Notes: a model not told the origin generated them from the letters alone. Counted from the stretch's first letter, positions 28,533 to 37,776 are shown. The stretch is 64,000 bases of DNA from Candidatus Levybacteria bacterium RIFCSPHIGHO2_01_FULL_36_15b (GCA_001782045.1 MFNK01000008.1:2597-66596); one strand, 5' to 3'. Program-made: numbers and translations.

Positions 28533-29360
28533 TTAAACTCTAATTTTAATCCCAGGGGACATTGTGGATTTTAGGGTTATATTGACGATATTTCCTTTTT
28601 TAACAGCATTTACCATTGATTCGATATTCTCGCTCAATTTTTCAGAACCAAAGCTCATTTTTCCAACAGTTAAATGAAGTAGGGGATTTTTAGTTTCTGT
28701 TTTAAAGTTAATTTGCCCGCCTTCATATTTTTTAACAACTTCCTCCGGTTTTGCCGTAATTGTCCCGTTTTTAGGATTTGGCATCAAGCCTCTTGGGCCC
28801 AAAACTTTAGCAACTTTAGCCAGTTTTGGCATCATATCTGGTGTTGCAACTAAAATATCAAAATTTATAACACCTTTTTCTACTTCTGCAATTATTTTAT
28901 CGTCTGCAACTGCCACCCTTGTCTTTTTTCCAGTCCCGTGGGGAAGAGTAACGTTTCCTGAAATGCCGGCAGTTACAGTATTTATATGAAGCTCTACTGT
29001 TTCGTCAAATTTGCCCCTTTGCATTTTTCCTAAAAGTTCCAATGCTTCGGGCAATGGATACAGTTTAGTTCTGTCTAAATTAGATGATAAGTCGTTATAT
29101 TTGGCTGAATGAGGTTCTTTTTGGAATTTTTCTTTTTTTGCTTTTTTAACCTCTTTTTTTTCAGCCTCTTCTGGTTTTGTTTCTATTGTTTCAACCGCTT
29201 CTTCCTGTTCGGCAGGAGGCGTTACTACTTCGGTTCCCTCATCGACTTTTGCTTTTTCAGTCTTTTTAGCCTCTTTTTTACTCGCACGTCTTTCTTCAAG
29301 CCTTTTTGCCCTTGCTGCATCTTCTAGGTCGTCAAATGATTTAACTCTAACTTTTCCCAT
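28533..29360 (-). CDS. rplA: 50S ribosomal protein L1
   Basis: KFDETVELH, LPHGTGK, LGPRGLMPNPK, STMSPG. Confidence 0.97.
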   Translation of the reverse strand: MGKVRVKSFDDLEDAARAKRLEERRASKKEAKKTEKAKVDEGTEVVTPPAEQEEAVETIETKPEEAEKKEVKKAKKEKFQKEPHSAKYNDLSSNLDRTKLYPLPEALELLGKMQRGKFDETVELHINTVTAGISGNVTLPHGTGKKTRVAVADDKIIAEVEKGVINFDILVATPDMMPKLAKVAKVLGPRGLMPNPKNGTITAKPEEVVKKYEGGQINFKTETKNPLLHLTVGKMSFGSEKLSENIESMVNAVKKGNIVNITLKSTMSPGIKIRV

Positions 29361-29786
29361 TTATTTTACTTTTACACCCATACTTTGGGCGACTCCTTCC
29401 ACAATTTTTACAGCCGGTTCTAATTCGTCTGTATTTAAATCTTCCATTTTGTCTTTTGCAATTTGCTCTGCTTGGGCTCTGCTTAATACTCCTGCTTCTT
29501 CGGTTCCGGGTTTTCCTGAGCCCTTTTCTGTATTCAGCGCCTTTTTAATCATTTCGGCAATTGGTGATTTTTTAACAATAAAAGAAAAAGTTCTGTCTTC
29601 GTAAACCGTAATTACAGCGGGAACTATTGTCCCTTTTTGATCGGCTGTTTTATCATTAAAAGCTTTAACGAATTCCATAATAGGGAGTCCGTGTGGTCCC
29701 AAAGCAGTTCCAACGGGTGGTGCGGGAGTTGCCGCACCGGCTGGAATATTTATTTTTATAATTGTTTTTATTTTTTTAGTTGCCAT
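29361..29786 (-). CDS. rplK: 50S ribosomal protein L11
   Basis: ATPAPPVGTALGPHG, TVYEDRTF. Confidence 0.97.
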   Translation of the reverse strand: MATKKIKTIIKINIPAGAATPAPPVGTALGPHGLPIMEFVKAFNDKTADQKGTIVPAVITVYEDRTFSFIVKKSPIAEMIKKALNTEKGSGKPGTEEAGVLSRAQAEQIAKDKMEDLNTDELEPAVKIVEGVAQSMGVKVK

Positions 29787-29801
29787 ATCTGTTCAAAATT
29801 A

Positions 29802-29872
29802 TCTGGAAGAGTAGAGAAGTACCTTTTTGAGGTAATCTTATCTACTGGTTCTTTCGACCGAAGTCTTCCAGG
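29802..29872 (-). promoter_or_regulatory. Structured rplK leader (possible L1-binding site)
   Basis: CTGGAAGA...TCTTCCAG closing stem with inner hairpins upstream of rplK. Confidence 0.4.
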
Positions 29873-29891
29873 TTAGCAATAAGTTTTTGTA

Positions 29892-30752
29892 TTATAACTT
29901 ACTTACTTGTAAAAAGTCTAGTTCAACAGGTGTTTCTCGTCCAAAAATTGATACCAATACCTTTATTTTTCCTCTTGCTTCATCAATATTATCAACTGTT
30001 CCTAAAAAGTCTGTAAATGGACCATCAACAATCTTTACAGCTTCGCCAATTGTAAAGGTTGTTGTAAACAAAGGCTCTTCCGCTTCCATAAATTTTTGAA
30101 TTGCGGCAACTTCTTTTTCGGAAATTGGAGTAGGCTTATTGCCGGCTCCAATAAATGCCGTTACTCCTTGTGTAGTTCGTACCAAAAGCCAGCTTTCATC
30201 ATCCAAAATCATTTTTACCAAAACGTATCCGGGGAATATTTTTTCTTTTACATTCTCTTTTTTGCCCTGACTTACTTTAATTGTGTTTCTTGTAGGAACA
30301 ATAATATCAAAGATTCTATGTTCAAAACCCATTGATTCAACTCTTTGATGCAAGCTTTTTGCAACCTTATTTTCATGTCCGGAATAAGTATGAACTATAT
30401 ACCATTTAGCCAAATCAGATGCTTTTGGTTTGCCTTCTTCTTTCTCGTCCGCCTTAGCTTTAGCGGCGGTGGATTTAGGCTCAATAGCTTGTGTTTCCTG
30501 CGCTTCTTCTCTGTCTTCTGCTTCGTTTCCCGCCTGCATCGCCTGAGGCGAAGCATCTGCGGGCAGGTCTACTGCTTCTTCTTGGGTTTTTCCATCTTCC
30601 TCAGTTGCTTCTATTTGCATGTCGTGCGGTGCTTCCAGTTGCGGTTCGTTCGGAGCCTCAATTTCTTCTACTTTTTCCTCAACAGGGGTTGCAGCCGAAG
30701 TTTGATTTTCGGGCATTTTGTCTTCTGTTTTTTGATTTTGATCGTCGTTCAT
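29892..30752 (-). CDS. nusG: Transcription factor NusG with long acidic N-terminal extension
   Basis: WYIVHTYSGHENKV, IFPGYV, GPF, SIFGRETPVEL. Confidence 0.97.
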   Translation of the reverse strand: MNDDQNQKTEDKMPENQTSAATPVEEKVEEIEAPNEPQLEAPHDMQIEATEEDGKTQEEAVDLPADASPQAMQAGNEAEDREEAQETQAIEPKSTAAKAKADEKEEGKPKASDLAKWYIVHTYSGHENKVAKSLHQRVESMGFEHRIFDIIVPTRNTIKVSQGKKENVKEKIFPGYVLVKMILDDESWLLVRTTQGVTAFIGAGNKPTPISEKEVAAIQKFMEAEEPLFTTTFTIGEAVKIVDGPFTDFLGTVDNIDEARGKIKVLVSIFGRETPVELDFLQVSKL

Positions 30753-30753
30753 A

Positions 30754-30942
30754 TTATCTTACGATTATAATCTCGGTTAGTTTTGTTAGTAAAAAATCAA
30801 TCCCTCCCAAGAATAATCCTACAATTAAACTTACTAAAATTACTACGCCTGTTAATCTAATTACTTCGGCTCGTGACGGCCAAACGACCTTTTTAAGTTC
30901 GTCTCTTACCTCTGCAATAAAACTGACTGGTGTCGTTGCCAT
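30754..30942 (-). CDS. secE: Preprotein translocase SecE
   Basis: ELKKVVWPSR plus TM; upstream of nusG. Confidence 0.95.
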   Translation of the reverse strand: MATTPVSFIAEVRDELKKVVWPSRAEVIRLTGVVILVSLIVGLFLGGIDFLLTKLTEIIIVR

Positions 30943-31077
30943 AGAAATTAAAACTAATAATTTTTGGGACTTGTCAACATTCTAACAAATAATATTCTTC
31001 ATGTAAAGAAGCTTTAGTATGAACAAAAAGAAAAAATATTGACAGGAGCAGGAGACAAGTTTTACAATCAAAAGTGC

Positions 31078-31965
31078 ATGAGCCATAATAAAGTTAGCAA
31101 AGTTGTAATTCCCGCGGCTGGATTTGGAACCCGTTTTTTACCTCAAACAAAAGCAATGCCTAAAGAAATGCTCCCGATTGTTGATAAGCCTGTTATTCAA
31201 TATGTAGTGGAGGAGGCAGTTGAATCGGGTGTTAAAGATATTGTAATAATTACCGGTTCTAATAAAAGAGCCATTGAGGATCACTTCGATATTTTAAACG
31301 CAGATCTTATAAACAACTTAGAGAAAGGTGGTAAAACCGAACTTATTGAAAAGACCCAGAAAATCTCAAACATGGCAAACTTTATATATATTAGGCAAAA
31401 AGGTCCCTATGGAAACGGAACTCCCATACTTAGCGCAGAACCAGTAATTGACGGCGAACCCTTCGCCGTTTTATGGGGGGATGAATTTATTTATTCTAAA
31501 CCACCAAGGTTAAAACAAATGATAGATGTATATGAAAAATATGGAGGCGTTGTAATTTCGGGAGTTAGGATAAAAGAAAAACAAGATTTAAAAAGATATG
31601 GAATTGCAGATATCACCCAAGTTGAAGGAAACGTTTTTAAAATTAATGAAATAGTCGAAAAACCGAATCCGGATACTGCTCCTTCTAATCTTGCAACACA
31701 CGGCGGATATATTTTGCCTCCTGAAATTTTTAAGGCTTTAAAGAGCGTAGAGCCCGGAAAGGGTGGAGAAGTCTGGTTAGTAGATGGAATTAATAAACTT
31801 AGAGAACAGGGGGTTGATATATATGCTGTGGAAATTGTGAATGGAAAATATTACGATACAGGAAATAAACTGGAATATATGAAAACAGCAATTGAATTAG
31901 CATTGGAGCATCCCGACCTTAAAGAAGATTTAAAAAAATTCCTCAAAGAACTCAACTTGGAATAA
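31078..31965 (+). CDS. galU: UTP--glucose-1-phosphate uridylyltransferase
   Basis: VIPAAGFGTRFLPQTKAMPKEMLPIVDKP, VEKP. Confidence 0.93.
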   Translation: MSHNKVSKVVIPAAGFGTRFLPQTKAMPKEMLPIVDKPVIQYVVEEAVESGVKDIVIITGSNKRAIEDHFDILNADLINNLEKGGKTELIEKTQKISNMANFIYIRQKGPYGNGTPILSAEPVIDGEPFAVLWGDEFIYSKPPRLKQMIDVYEKYGGVVISGVRIKEKQDLKRYGIADITQVEGNVFKINEIVEKPNPDTAPSNLATHGGYILPPEIFKALKSVEPGKGGEVWLVDGINKLREQGVDIYAVEIVNGKYYDTGNKLEYMKTAIELALEHPDLKEDLKKFLKELNLE

Positions 31966-32595
31966 ATGAAACTCGGAAAAAAAGAATTTTTAAATTTCTC
32001 ATTTCTTTTTACAACAGTTTTTATTATATTTACAGTTTTAGTTAATTTTAATTTACTTACTAAATTTGATTTTGATACAACACTTATTCTTCAAAAATTT
32101 ATTCCTCAAAGTATAGATACTTTATTTTCTGCATTTAGTCTTATTGGAAATGCAGAAATTGCGGGTTTATTTTTACTTTTAATACTACTTATATTTAAGA
32201 AATTGAACATAATTATTGTGCTCTTATTATTTGTATTACTTCATATCCCGGAACTTTTTTTAAAGTCAAATCTTAGCCATTCGGGACCCCCAATCGAATT
32301 TCTAAGAACCATAAAATTATTCCCAATCCCACAAATTAGTATTCCCGGGGAGTATTTTTCTTATCCCTCCGGACATTCTGCAAGGACAGTTTTTATTTCG
32401 ATTATCTTATTTGTGCTTATTTCCAGGCTAAAATTGTCTAGGAATACGAAGTATTTGGTGTATGGAGCAATTTTAACTTTTGATTTTACAATGTTAGTAT
32501 CAAGAGTTTATCTTGGGGAACATTGGACAAGCGATGTTATCGGTGGCAGTCTTTTAGGAGCAGCTTTTGCCTTTATAGGCATTCTTCTTATTTAG
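31966..32595 (+). CDS. PAP2-family membrane phosphatase
   Basis: SYPSGH, SRVYLGEHWTSDVIGG. Confidence 0.9.
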   Translation: MKLGKKEFLNFSFLFTTVFIIFTVLVNFNLLTKFDFDTTLILQKFIPQSIDTLFSAFSLIGNAEIAGLFLLLILLIFKKLNIIIVLLLFVLLHIPELFLKSNLSHSGPPIEFLRTIKLFPIPQISIPGEYFSYPSGHSARTVFISIILFVLISRLKLSRNTKYLVYGAILTFDFTMLVSRVYLGEHWTSDVIGGSLLGAAFAFIGILLI

Positions 32596-32624
32596 GGTTT
32601 GACATTGTAAACCCTCTTGTCAAG

Positions 32625-32653
32625 TTGACAAGAAGCCTCTGTATTTTTATACT
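32625..32653 (+). promoter_or_regulatory. Sigma70 promoter
   Basis: TTGACA-17-TATACT. Confidence 0.7.
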
Positions 32654-32659
32654 TTAAAT

Positions 32660-32832
32660 GTTCTTTGGTATAAGAGATAGTTGGTAAGATTTTCTCTACA
32701 AGTTCACTGGGTTTGAAGTATCTTTGCCAGATTGGCAAGGAGACAGAGTGTATAATCTTAGCCTGTGGGTTAAGGTTTAGCTCTCTTAGTTACAGGCTCG
32801 GGGAAACATCAACTATTTCGGTACCAAAGACG
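32660..32832 (+). ncRNA. Candidate structured ncRNA (6S-like size and closing stem)
   Basis: 5'/3' ends pair over two long helices, with internal hairpins; starts right after the promoter. Confidence 0.45.
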
Positions 32833-32922
32833 AATTTATCAAGTCCTTTAGGCCGAACGCTTTACAAAAACTGTCTCTTGTTCTTTCTTCTTTAACTTCT
32901 TTTTGATAAAATTAGACACACC

Positions 32923-32994
32923 GCCGAAGTAACTCAGTGGTAGAGTAGCTGTTTTGTAAACAGCAAGTCGTGGGTTCGAATCCCACCTTCGGCT
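32923..32994 (+). tRNA. tRNA-Thr(TGT)
   Basis: GCCGAAG...CTTCGGC, loop TTTGTAA, GGTTCGAATCC. Confidence 0.95.
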
Positions 32995-33044
32995 CAGATA
33001 ACTAGCGCATTGACACATGGTATATAACCAAGTAAAATAAGAAC

Positions 33045-33422
33045 GTGAACAGCAAAAAAAAATCTACATTAGCCCTGGCAGAGGCTGTGGCTTATTTTAC
33101 AAAAAATAATGAATCTGTATTTGTTCCTTTTTCCGATACAGATAAGTATGATTTGATCGTGGATAGAAAGGGTTCTTTAAAAAGAGTACAGTGTAAATAT
33201 ACAAACTATAAAGAGCCAAGTGGAGCGTTTATAGTAGATTTGACAACGTTTGGAGGTTATAGAGAAAAAACTTATCATACTAAATATAAGGATGGAGATT
33301 TTGATTTTTTATTTGTTTTTTGCGGTGATCAAACTAAATATTTAATTCCAGGGGAAAGAGTTTTAGGAAAAAGTCATATATCAATTGGAGTTAGAAGTTG
33401 GAAAGAATTTATAATAAATTAA
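33045..33422 (+). CDS. PD-(D/E)XK endonuclease (group I intron-associated type)
   Basis: YDLIVD...LKRVQCK, YKDGDFDFLFVF...YLIP; own promoter TTGACA-17-TAAAAT. Confidence 0.75.
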   Translation: MNSKKKSTLALAEAVAYFTKNNESVFVPFSDTDKYDLIVDRKGSLKRVQCKYTNYKEPSGAFIVDLTTFGGYREKTYHTKYKDGDFDFLFVFCGDQTKYLIPGERVLGKSHISIGVRSWKEFIIN

Positions 33423-33430
33423 TAAGCTAA

Positions 33431-33514
33431 GCTGGGTTCGCGTAGCGGCAATCGCATCTGGCTGTAGACCAGATGCCCGAAAGGGCTGCGGGGGTTCGAG
33501 TCCCTCACCCAGCA
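33431..33514 (+). tRNA. tRNA-Tyr(GTA)
   Basis: Loop CTGTAGA, long variable arm GCCCGAAAGGGC, GGTTCGAGTCC. Confidence 0.95.
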
Positions 33515-33540
33515 CAACGCCCGACAAGCTCAGTAAACGT

Positions 33541-33612
33541 GCCGACATGGCTCAGTGGTAGAGCAAGTCATTGGTAATGACTAGATCGTGGGTCCGATTC
33601 CCACTGTCGGCT
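33541..33612 (+). tRNA. tRNA-Thr(GGT)
   Basis: GCCGACA...TGTCGGC, loop TTGGTAA. Confidence 0.93.
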
Positions 33613-33656
33613 CTGGATTCGACAAGCTCACCATTCGCGTGAGATTTTCGAATTCT

Positions 33657-33711
33657 GATTGTGGGATGAGTTTATCCTGAGCAAGGTCGAAGGAATTCCC
33701 ACTGTCGGCTC
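33657..33711 (+). repeat. Duplicated 3' part of tRNA-Thr(GGT) interrupted by a REP
   Basis: ATTCCCACTGTCGGCTC at 33597-33613 and 33695-33711; inverted REP at 33675-33694. Confidence 0.7.
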
Positions 33712-33750
33712 AGGGTTGAATTAAAACAGCAATTTTCATATAATACTCAA

Positions 33751-33924
33751 ATGGCAAAAAGAGAGCACAGAATTATACTTGGCTTGGTTTGTACAATCTG
33801 CAAAAACAGAAACTACGTTACAACAAGGAATAAAATAAATACCGAAGAAAAACTTTTACTCAAGAAGTTTTGCAAACACTGCAGAAAAGTAACCGACCAC
33901 AAAGAAAACGAGAAACTTAAATAG
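33751..33924 (+). CDS. rpmG: 50S ribosomal protein L33 (absent from ORF track)
   Basis: MAKREHRIILGLVCTICKNRNYVT..KKFCKHCRKVTDHKE. Confidence 0.95.
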   Translation: MAKREHRIILGLVCTICKNRNYVTTRNKINTEEKLLLKKFCKHCRKVTDHKENEKLK

Positions 33925-33929
33925 TTCCT

Positions 33930-34880
33930 TTAATCTACTTTTGTCTTCTTAGCAATAATCTTTTTCATTTCTGAGCGGTTGAATCTATCAATAGAAGAAT
34001 TTGGAGTAAAGCTAACATATGGTATTGTCGCTAAAGTATCCAGTATAAATTTTTTCATATACGGAGGAAGATTCGAGCTCATAGATTCAAGTTTTCGAAT
34101 GTAAGATAAAAGCGTATTGGGTGCATAAACTTGAGCTATTTCATATGGTCTTTTTGTATCAAGGATAAACTGATTAGCCGAGGCTATTTTTAACTTGGTT
34201 CTTTCTGTCGGATTTTCAGAAGTTAAAGCGTAAAATAGGTTGGGATCTTCTTTTCTATAATCGGAAACGTAGTCGACTAAATCATCCAACATTTGTAAAC
34301 ACAAAGAAGCATTCAACATCTCGTCTTTAAACGTAGCTACATCTTGTTTTTTGCCAGAAACTATATTTAAAGCATCAACGATAGTTTCTCCAAATAAGCC
34401 GGTCGTATCTATTCTATATTCAAGTACTTCTTCAAACGGAGAAGTTGATGGATTAAATTTTGCCATAAATTCAGAATGTGCAACGTAGGCTTTTCTTCGA
34501 GCATCAATTTCCATTTCTTCTATCCTTCTTTTAATTTCTAAAGGCATGTTAATATCATTAAACAATTGGGAATTGAGAGCATCTTGAATGTTTTGAGTAA
34601 GTATTTCTTCATCCATTTTGGAGTAAACAGAGTCTTTATCTAGCATGGCATCTGCCATAAACCAGTATTGCAGTATGGAATGTACCAGCTTTCTGGCAAT
34701 TTTCTCTTTATCACTTCCTTTACGGATACCCATCCTTTCAATTACAGGCAAGAATGCTGAGGAATACAGCATTGAAGTTGGTTCCTGACCTCTTTTAATT
34801 TCAAGGCTCCTGTGAATAGAAGATAAAACAACTCTTGAGGTCATGCGCGAAAAACGAAAATACCTTTCGTATTTATTCAT
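33930..34880 (-). CDS. Hypothetical protein, class 1 isoprenoid-synthase-like fold
   Basis: Asp-rich motifs ADAMLD and LQMLDDLVD; helical. Confidence 0.55.
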   Translation of the reverse strand: MNKYERYFRFSRMTSRVVLSSIHRSLEIKRGQEPTSMLYSSAFLPVIERMGIRKGSDKEKIARKLVHSILQYWFMADAMLDKDSVYSKMDEEILTQNIQDALNSQLFNDINMPLEIKRRIEEMEIDARRKAYVAHSEFMAKFNPSTSPFEEVLEYRIDTTGLFGETIVDALNIVSGKKQDVATFKDEMLNASLCLQMLDDLVDYVSDYRKEDPNLFYALTSENPTERTKLKIASANQFILDTKRPYEIAQVYAPNTLLSYIRKLESMSSNLPPYMKKFILDTLATIPYVSFTPNSSIDRFNRSEMKKIIAKKTKVD

Positions 34881-34926
34881 CGGGGAATTATATCAAAGCA
34901 GATTAACCATATCAATTCAAAACGTC

Positions 34927-35634
34927 TTAAACGTTGCCTTTTAAATACTTGAGTCTTAAATCCTCTGGAAATCTTTCTATTGCATATCTAAGCATAGTGC
35001 GAGGCATTTTTTTATACCGTGTTTTTAAAAATTCTTCTTCTGCCTCTTGCGATATTCTTTTTCCTACTTCTCTTAACATCCAACCAACAGCTTTGTGAAT
35101 TAAGTCGTGTTTATCATTAAGTAAAATATCTGCAATTGCAAAAGTATCTTTAAACTGTTTTAAAGTCGCAATAAATTGATAAGTAGCCATAATGCTAATT
35201 CTTTTTTCCCATAAACCATCTGATTTTGCTAATTTGTAAAGAATACTTCTGTCCTTGTCTTTTAAATATTCTCCGATAATTCTTGGAGTAGTTACATCAA
35301 CCAAATCCCAACTATTTATATATTTTGTATTTGCTAAATAAAGATTAAAAATTTGTTTTTTAACTTTTTCGTTAGCCTTTTTATATTGCTCAACTAAAAC
35401 AAGAAGCGCAATCATTCTTTCTTCATGAATTTTCGACTGTAAAAGCATGACAACATCTTTTAAGTCCATTTCTTGGTATTTCTTGACTAGATTTCTAATT
35501 TGAGGAAGAGTTAATCCTACAAAAACATCGCCATATCCGTATTCGCCTTTTCCTGTTTTGAAAAATCGCTGTAGCGCCGTTGCTCTTTTGGGGTCTGAAA
35601 TTGTCTTAATTTCTTTCCTTATCTGATTAATCAT
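34927..35634 (-). CDS. DNA alkylation repair protein (AlkD-like)
   Basis: FFKTGKGEYGYGDVF, NSWDLVD, HDLIHKAVGWMLRE, PRTMLRYAIE. Confidence 0.9.
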   Translation of the reverse strand: MINQIRKEIKTISDPKRATALQRFFKTGKGEYGYGDVFVGLTLPQIRNLVKKYQEMDLKDVVMLLQSKIHEERMIALLVLVEQYKKANEKVKKQIFNLYLANTKYINSWDLVDVTTPRIIGEYLKDKDRSILYKLAKSDGLWEKRISIMATYQFIATLKQFKDTFAIADILLNDKHDLIHKAVGWMLREVGKRISQEAEEEFLKTRYKKMPRTMLRYAIERFPEDLRLKYLKGNV

Positions 35635-35644
35635 AGAGGAGCTG

Positions 35645-35715
35645 CAGGGGTAGAGGGAGTCGAACCCCCAGTCGCGGTTTTGGAGACCGCTGGTTTACCG
35701 TTAACCGATACCCCT
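35645..35715 (-). tRNA. tRNA-Trp(CCA)
   Basis: AGGGGTA...TACCCCT, loop CTCCAAA, GGTTCGACTCC. Confidence 0.93.
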
Positions 35716-35812
35716 AAGTAAGTGTAATTATAGCTTTTTGAAGGTTTCCAAGCAAGAAGTCAGGCTAATTTGAATTGACATTGAAAAATCTCAGATATAT
35801 AATGCCTTTCTC

Positions 35813-36820
35813 ATGGGTAAAGAAAAGAAAAATAGATCCCACGAACTTACAAAAACGAATCTCCCTCCTGCTTTAGAAATATCTCCATTTTTGGTTAGGT
35901 CTCAAACTATACGATTAGTAAATCAAGCTCTTTCCGAAAGCTTCCCAGATTTTTTTAGACAGGTCAAGCCTTTGCGCAACGAAATCGACGTAATAGTGGT
36001 AAGGGACAGGAGCTCTATCGATTATTATCGGTCGGAAATGGTAAGAAAAGTACATAGTTTACGTCTAGATCTATTAGATAATCTATCGAAAGAAGACCCA
36101 AAAGCAGTAACACAGTTTAGTAGTAAAGAAGCAGAACCCTTTAATGTAACTGACAGGGATATTCCCGGGAATCCCATTTTGATTTTGGAAAGTGAAATAA
36201 CAGATGTAAAAAATGGTAACTTTCCGGAAGAATATAAAAGAGCTCTTCTTGAACTGGGGATTGGTCGCGTTCTTGCTCATGAAGGAGCACACCACTATGT
36301 AAAAGAAATCAAAGATATACCCGTAGATCCTTCTGACCCCCTTTTTCGTATGACATTTTCTTTTGATCGTATGCAGGCTAGGTCAAACCAACGCTTTACG
36401 CCTATAATAGAGGAGCTTGAAAGATTTGCATCAGCTAACAACCCCTCGGTTAAAATAAATGCAACTAAAATATCGTTGTATTGTGATGATATAAATGGAG
36501 AAAGAAAAGCCATAACTGGAAGCGGTTATGATTTGGAAGAGTCGATAGTTGAACTAATTACCCATAGGGCTTCTAATATTTTAATAAAATATGCCGAAGG
36601 TAGTTTCTCTCCCGGTGTTGCCACAACTTTTAAGAATCTTTTTGATAATAGTTTTAAATCAATGGATCACTACAGAATGGTAAACCTAACATCAGTTGGG
36701 TTACGATATCTTTCTATGTTGGGAATAAGAACCTTGGAAGAAGCAGTAGATCCTTTTATGAGTGGGGAAATTCCCTTACTCCACTCTAGATTATTGGGAA
36801 AACAAGAATATATGCCATAA
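35813..36820 (+). CDS. Hypothetical protein with HExxH zinc-peptidase-like motif
   Basis: VLAHEGAHH and downstream LEESIVE; TTGACA...TATAAT upstream. Confidence 0.6.
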   Translation: MGKEKKNRSHELTKTNLPPALEISPFLVRSQTIRLVNQALSESFPDFFRQVKPLRNEIDVIVVRDRSSIDYYRSEMVRKVHSLRLDLLDNLSKEDPKAVTQFSSKEAEPFNVTDRDIPGNPILILESEITDVKNGNFPEEYKRALLELGIGRVLAHEGAHHYVKEIKDIPVDPSDPLFRMTFSFDRMQARSNQRFTPIIEELERFASANNPSVKINATKISLYCDDINGERKAITGSGYDLEESIVELITHRASNILIKYAEGSFSPGVATTFKNLFDNSFKSMDHYRMVNLTSVGLRYLSMLGIRTLEEAVDPFMSGEIPLLHSRLLGKQEYMP

Positions 36821-36821
36821 A

Positions 36822-37109
36822 TTAGGCGGCGGATTTGGATGAAGACTCATTATTCTGTCTAAAAATAGTAGTCTCTTCTCTCACAAAGTTTTTTAGAGCG
36901 TTTAAGTGTTTTTCTGTATCTTTCTTTTCCTCGGGTTTAATGGCGCAAACATACACCGTAGACATTTCTCTTCCTTTTCCTCTTTTCTCAATTATAACCC
37001 CTTTTGAAGATGCAACTTGCTGAAATTGTGGTATTTGCTCGTTTTGAATTTTGTACATGACGCATTTCCCGCCCTTTCTGCCTTCAATCCAGAACTCTTG
37101 AAGCGCCAC
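36822..37109 (-). CDS. Hypothetical protein
   Basis: 95-aa ORF; minus-strand TTGACA upstream. Confidence 0.5.
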   Translation of the reverse strand: MALQEFWIEGRKGGKCVMYKIQNEQIPQFQQVASSKGVIIEKRGKGREMSTVYVCAIKPEEKKDTEKHLNALKNFVREETTIFRQNNESSSKSAA

Positions 37110-37146
37110 TAATTAATTTTAGACACAGATTGATATACTTGTCAAG

Positions 37147-37776
37147 TTAAAGGCCTAAGAGATGTTCGGAGAATGTAAGAAGATTAAAAATAGCCTCGCC
37201 AAGCGAAAAACCGCCGATTGGAAACATTAGAAGAAAGAAAAGAATAAAAATCCCTATAAATCCAATTGAAAGATAAGAAGCGGCTTCTTTCTCCGGCAAA
37301 ATCAAAGCAAATATCTTAGAACCGTCTAACGGAGGAATGGGAATCAAGTTAAAGATAGCAAGCAACAAGTTGAGTCTTACTACCAGTCCGAGGACGTAGT
37401 AAATAAATACTTGAGCTTCTCCAAGAGGAAAAAATCCGATAGCTTTAATTGCAATAGCTGCAATAAACGCAATAAGAACATTGGTTGCAGGACCTGCTAA
37501 AGAAACTAACGCCAAGTCTTTCCGGCCATCTTTTAAATTAAATGGATCAACCGGAACCGGTTTGGCGGCGCCGAAGATAACAGGGGATCCTGATAAAATA
37601 AGAATCAAGGGAAGGAAAATACTCATAATCGGGTCTATATGGGGCTTTGGATTAAGCGTAAGACGCCCTAAGAGCCTTGCAGTTGGGTCTCCAAGACGTT
37701 CTGCAACATATCCGTGTGCAATTTCATGCAGAATAGCACTGTAAATTAAAACAAGTAGTAAGATTACGATTTCCAC
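37147..37776 (-). CDS. Site-2 protease (M50) family
   Basis: LHEIAHG, LGDPTA, AGPATN, FNLIPIPPLDG. Confidence 0.93.
   Translation of the reverse strand: MEIVILLLVLIYSAILHEIAHGYVAERLGDPTARLLGRLTLNPKPHIDPIMSIFLPLILILSGSPVIFGAAKPVPVDPFNLKDGRKDLALVSLAGPATNVLIAFIAAIAIKAIGFFPLGEAQVFIYYVLGLVVRLNLLLAIFNLIPIPPLDGSKIFALILPEKEAASYLSIGFIGIFILFFLLMFPIGGFSLGEAIFNLLTFSEHLLGL

Noticed and set aside
32713-32895. 60-aa ORF in the PAP2-tRNA spacer
   Set aside because: TTG start and no protein features; the region is better explained as structured RNA.
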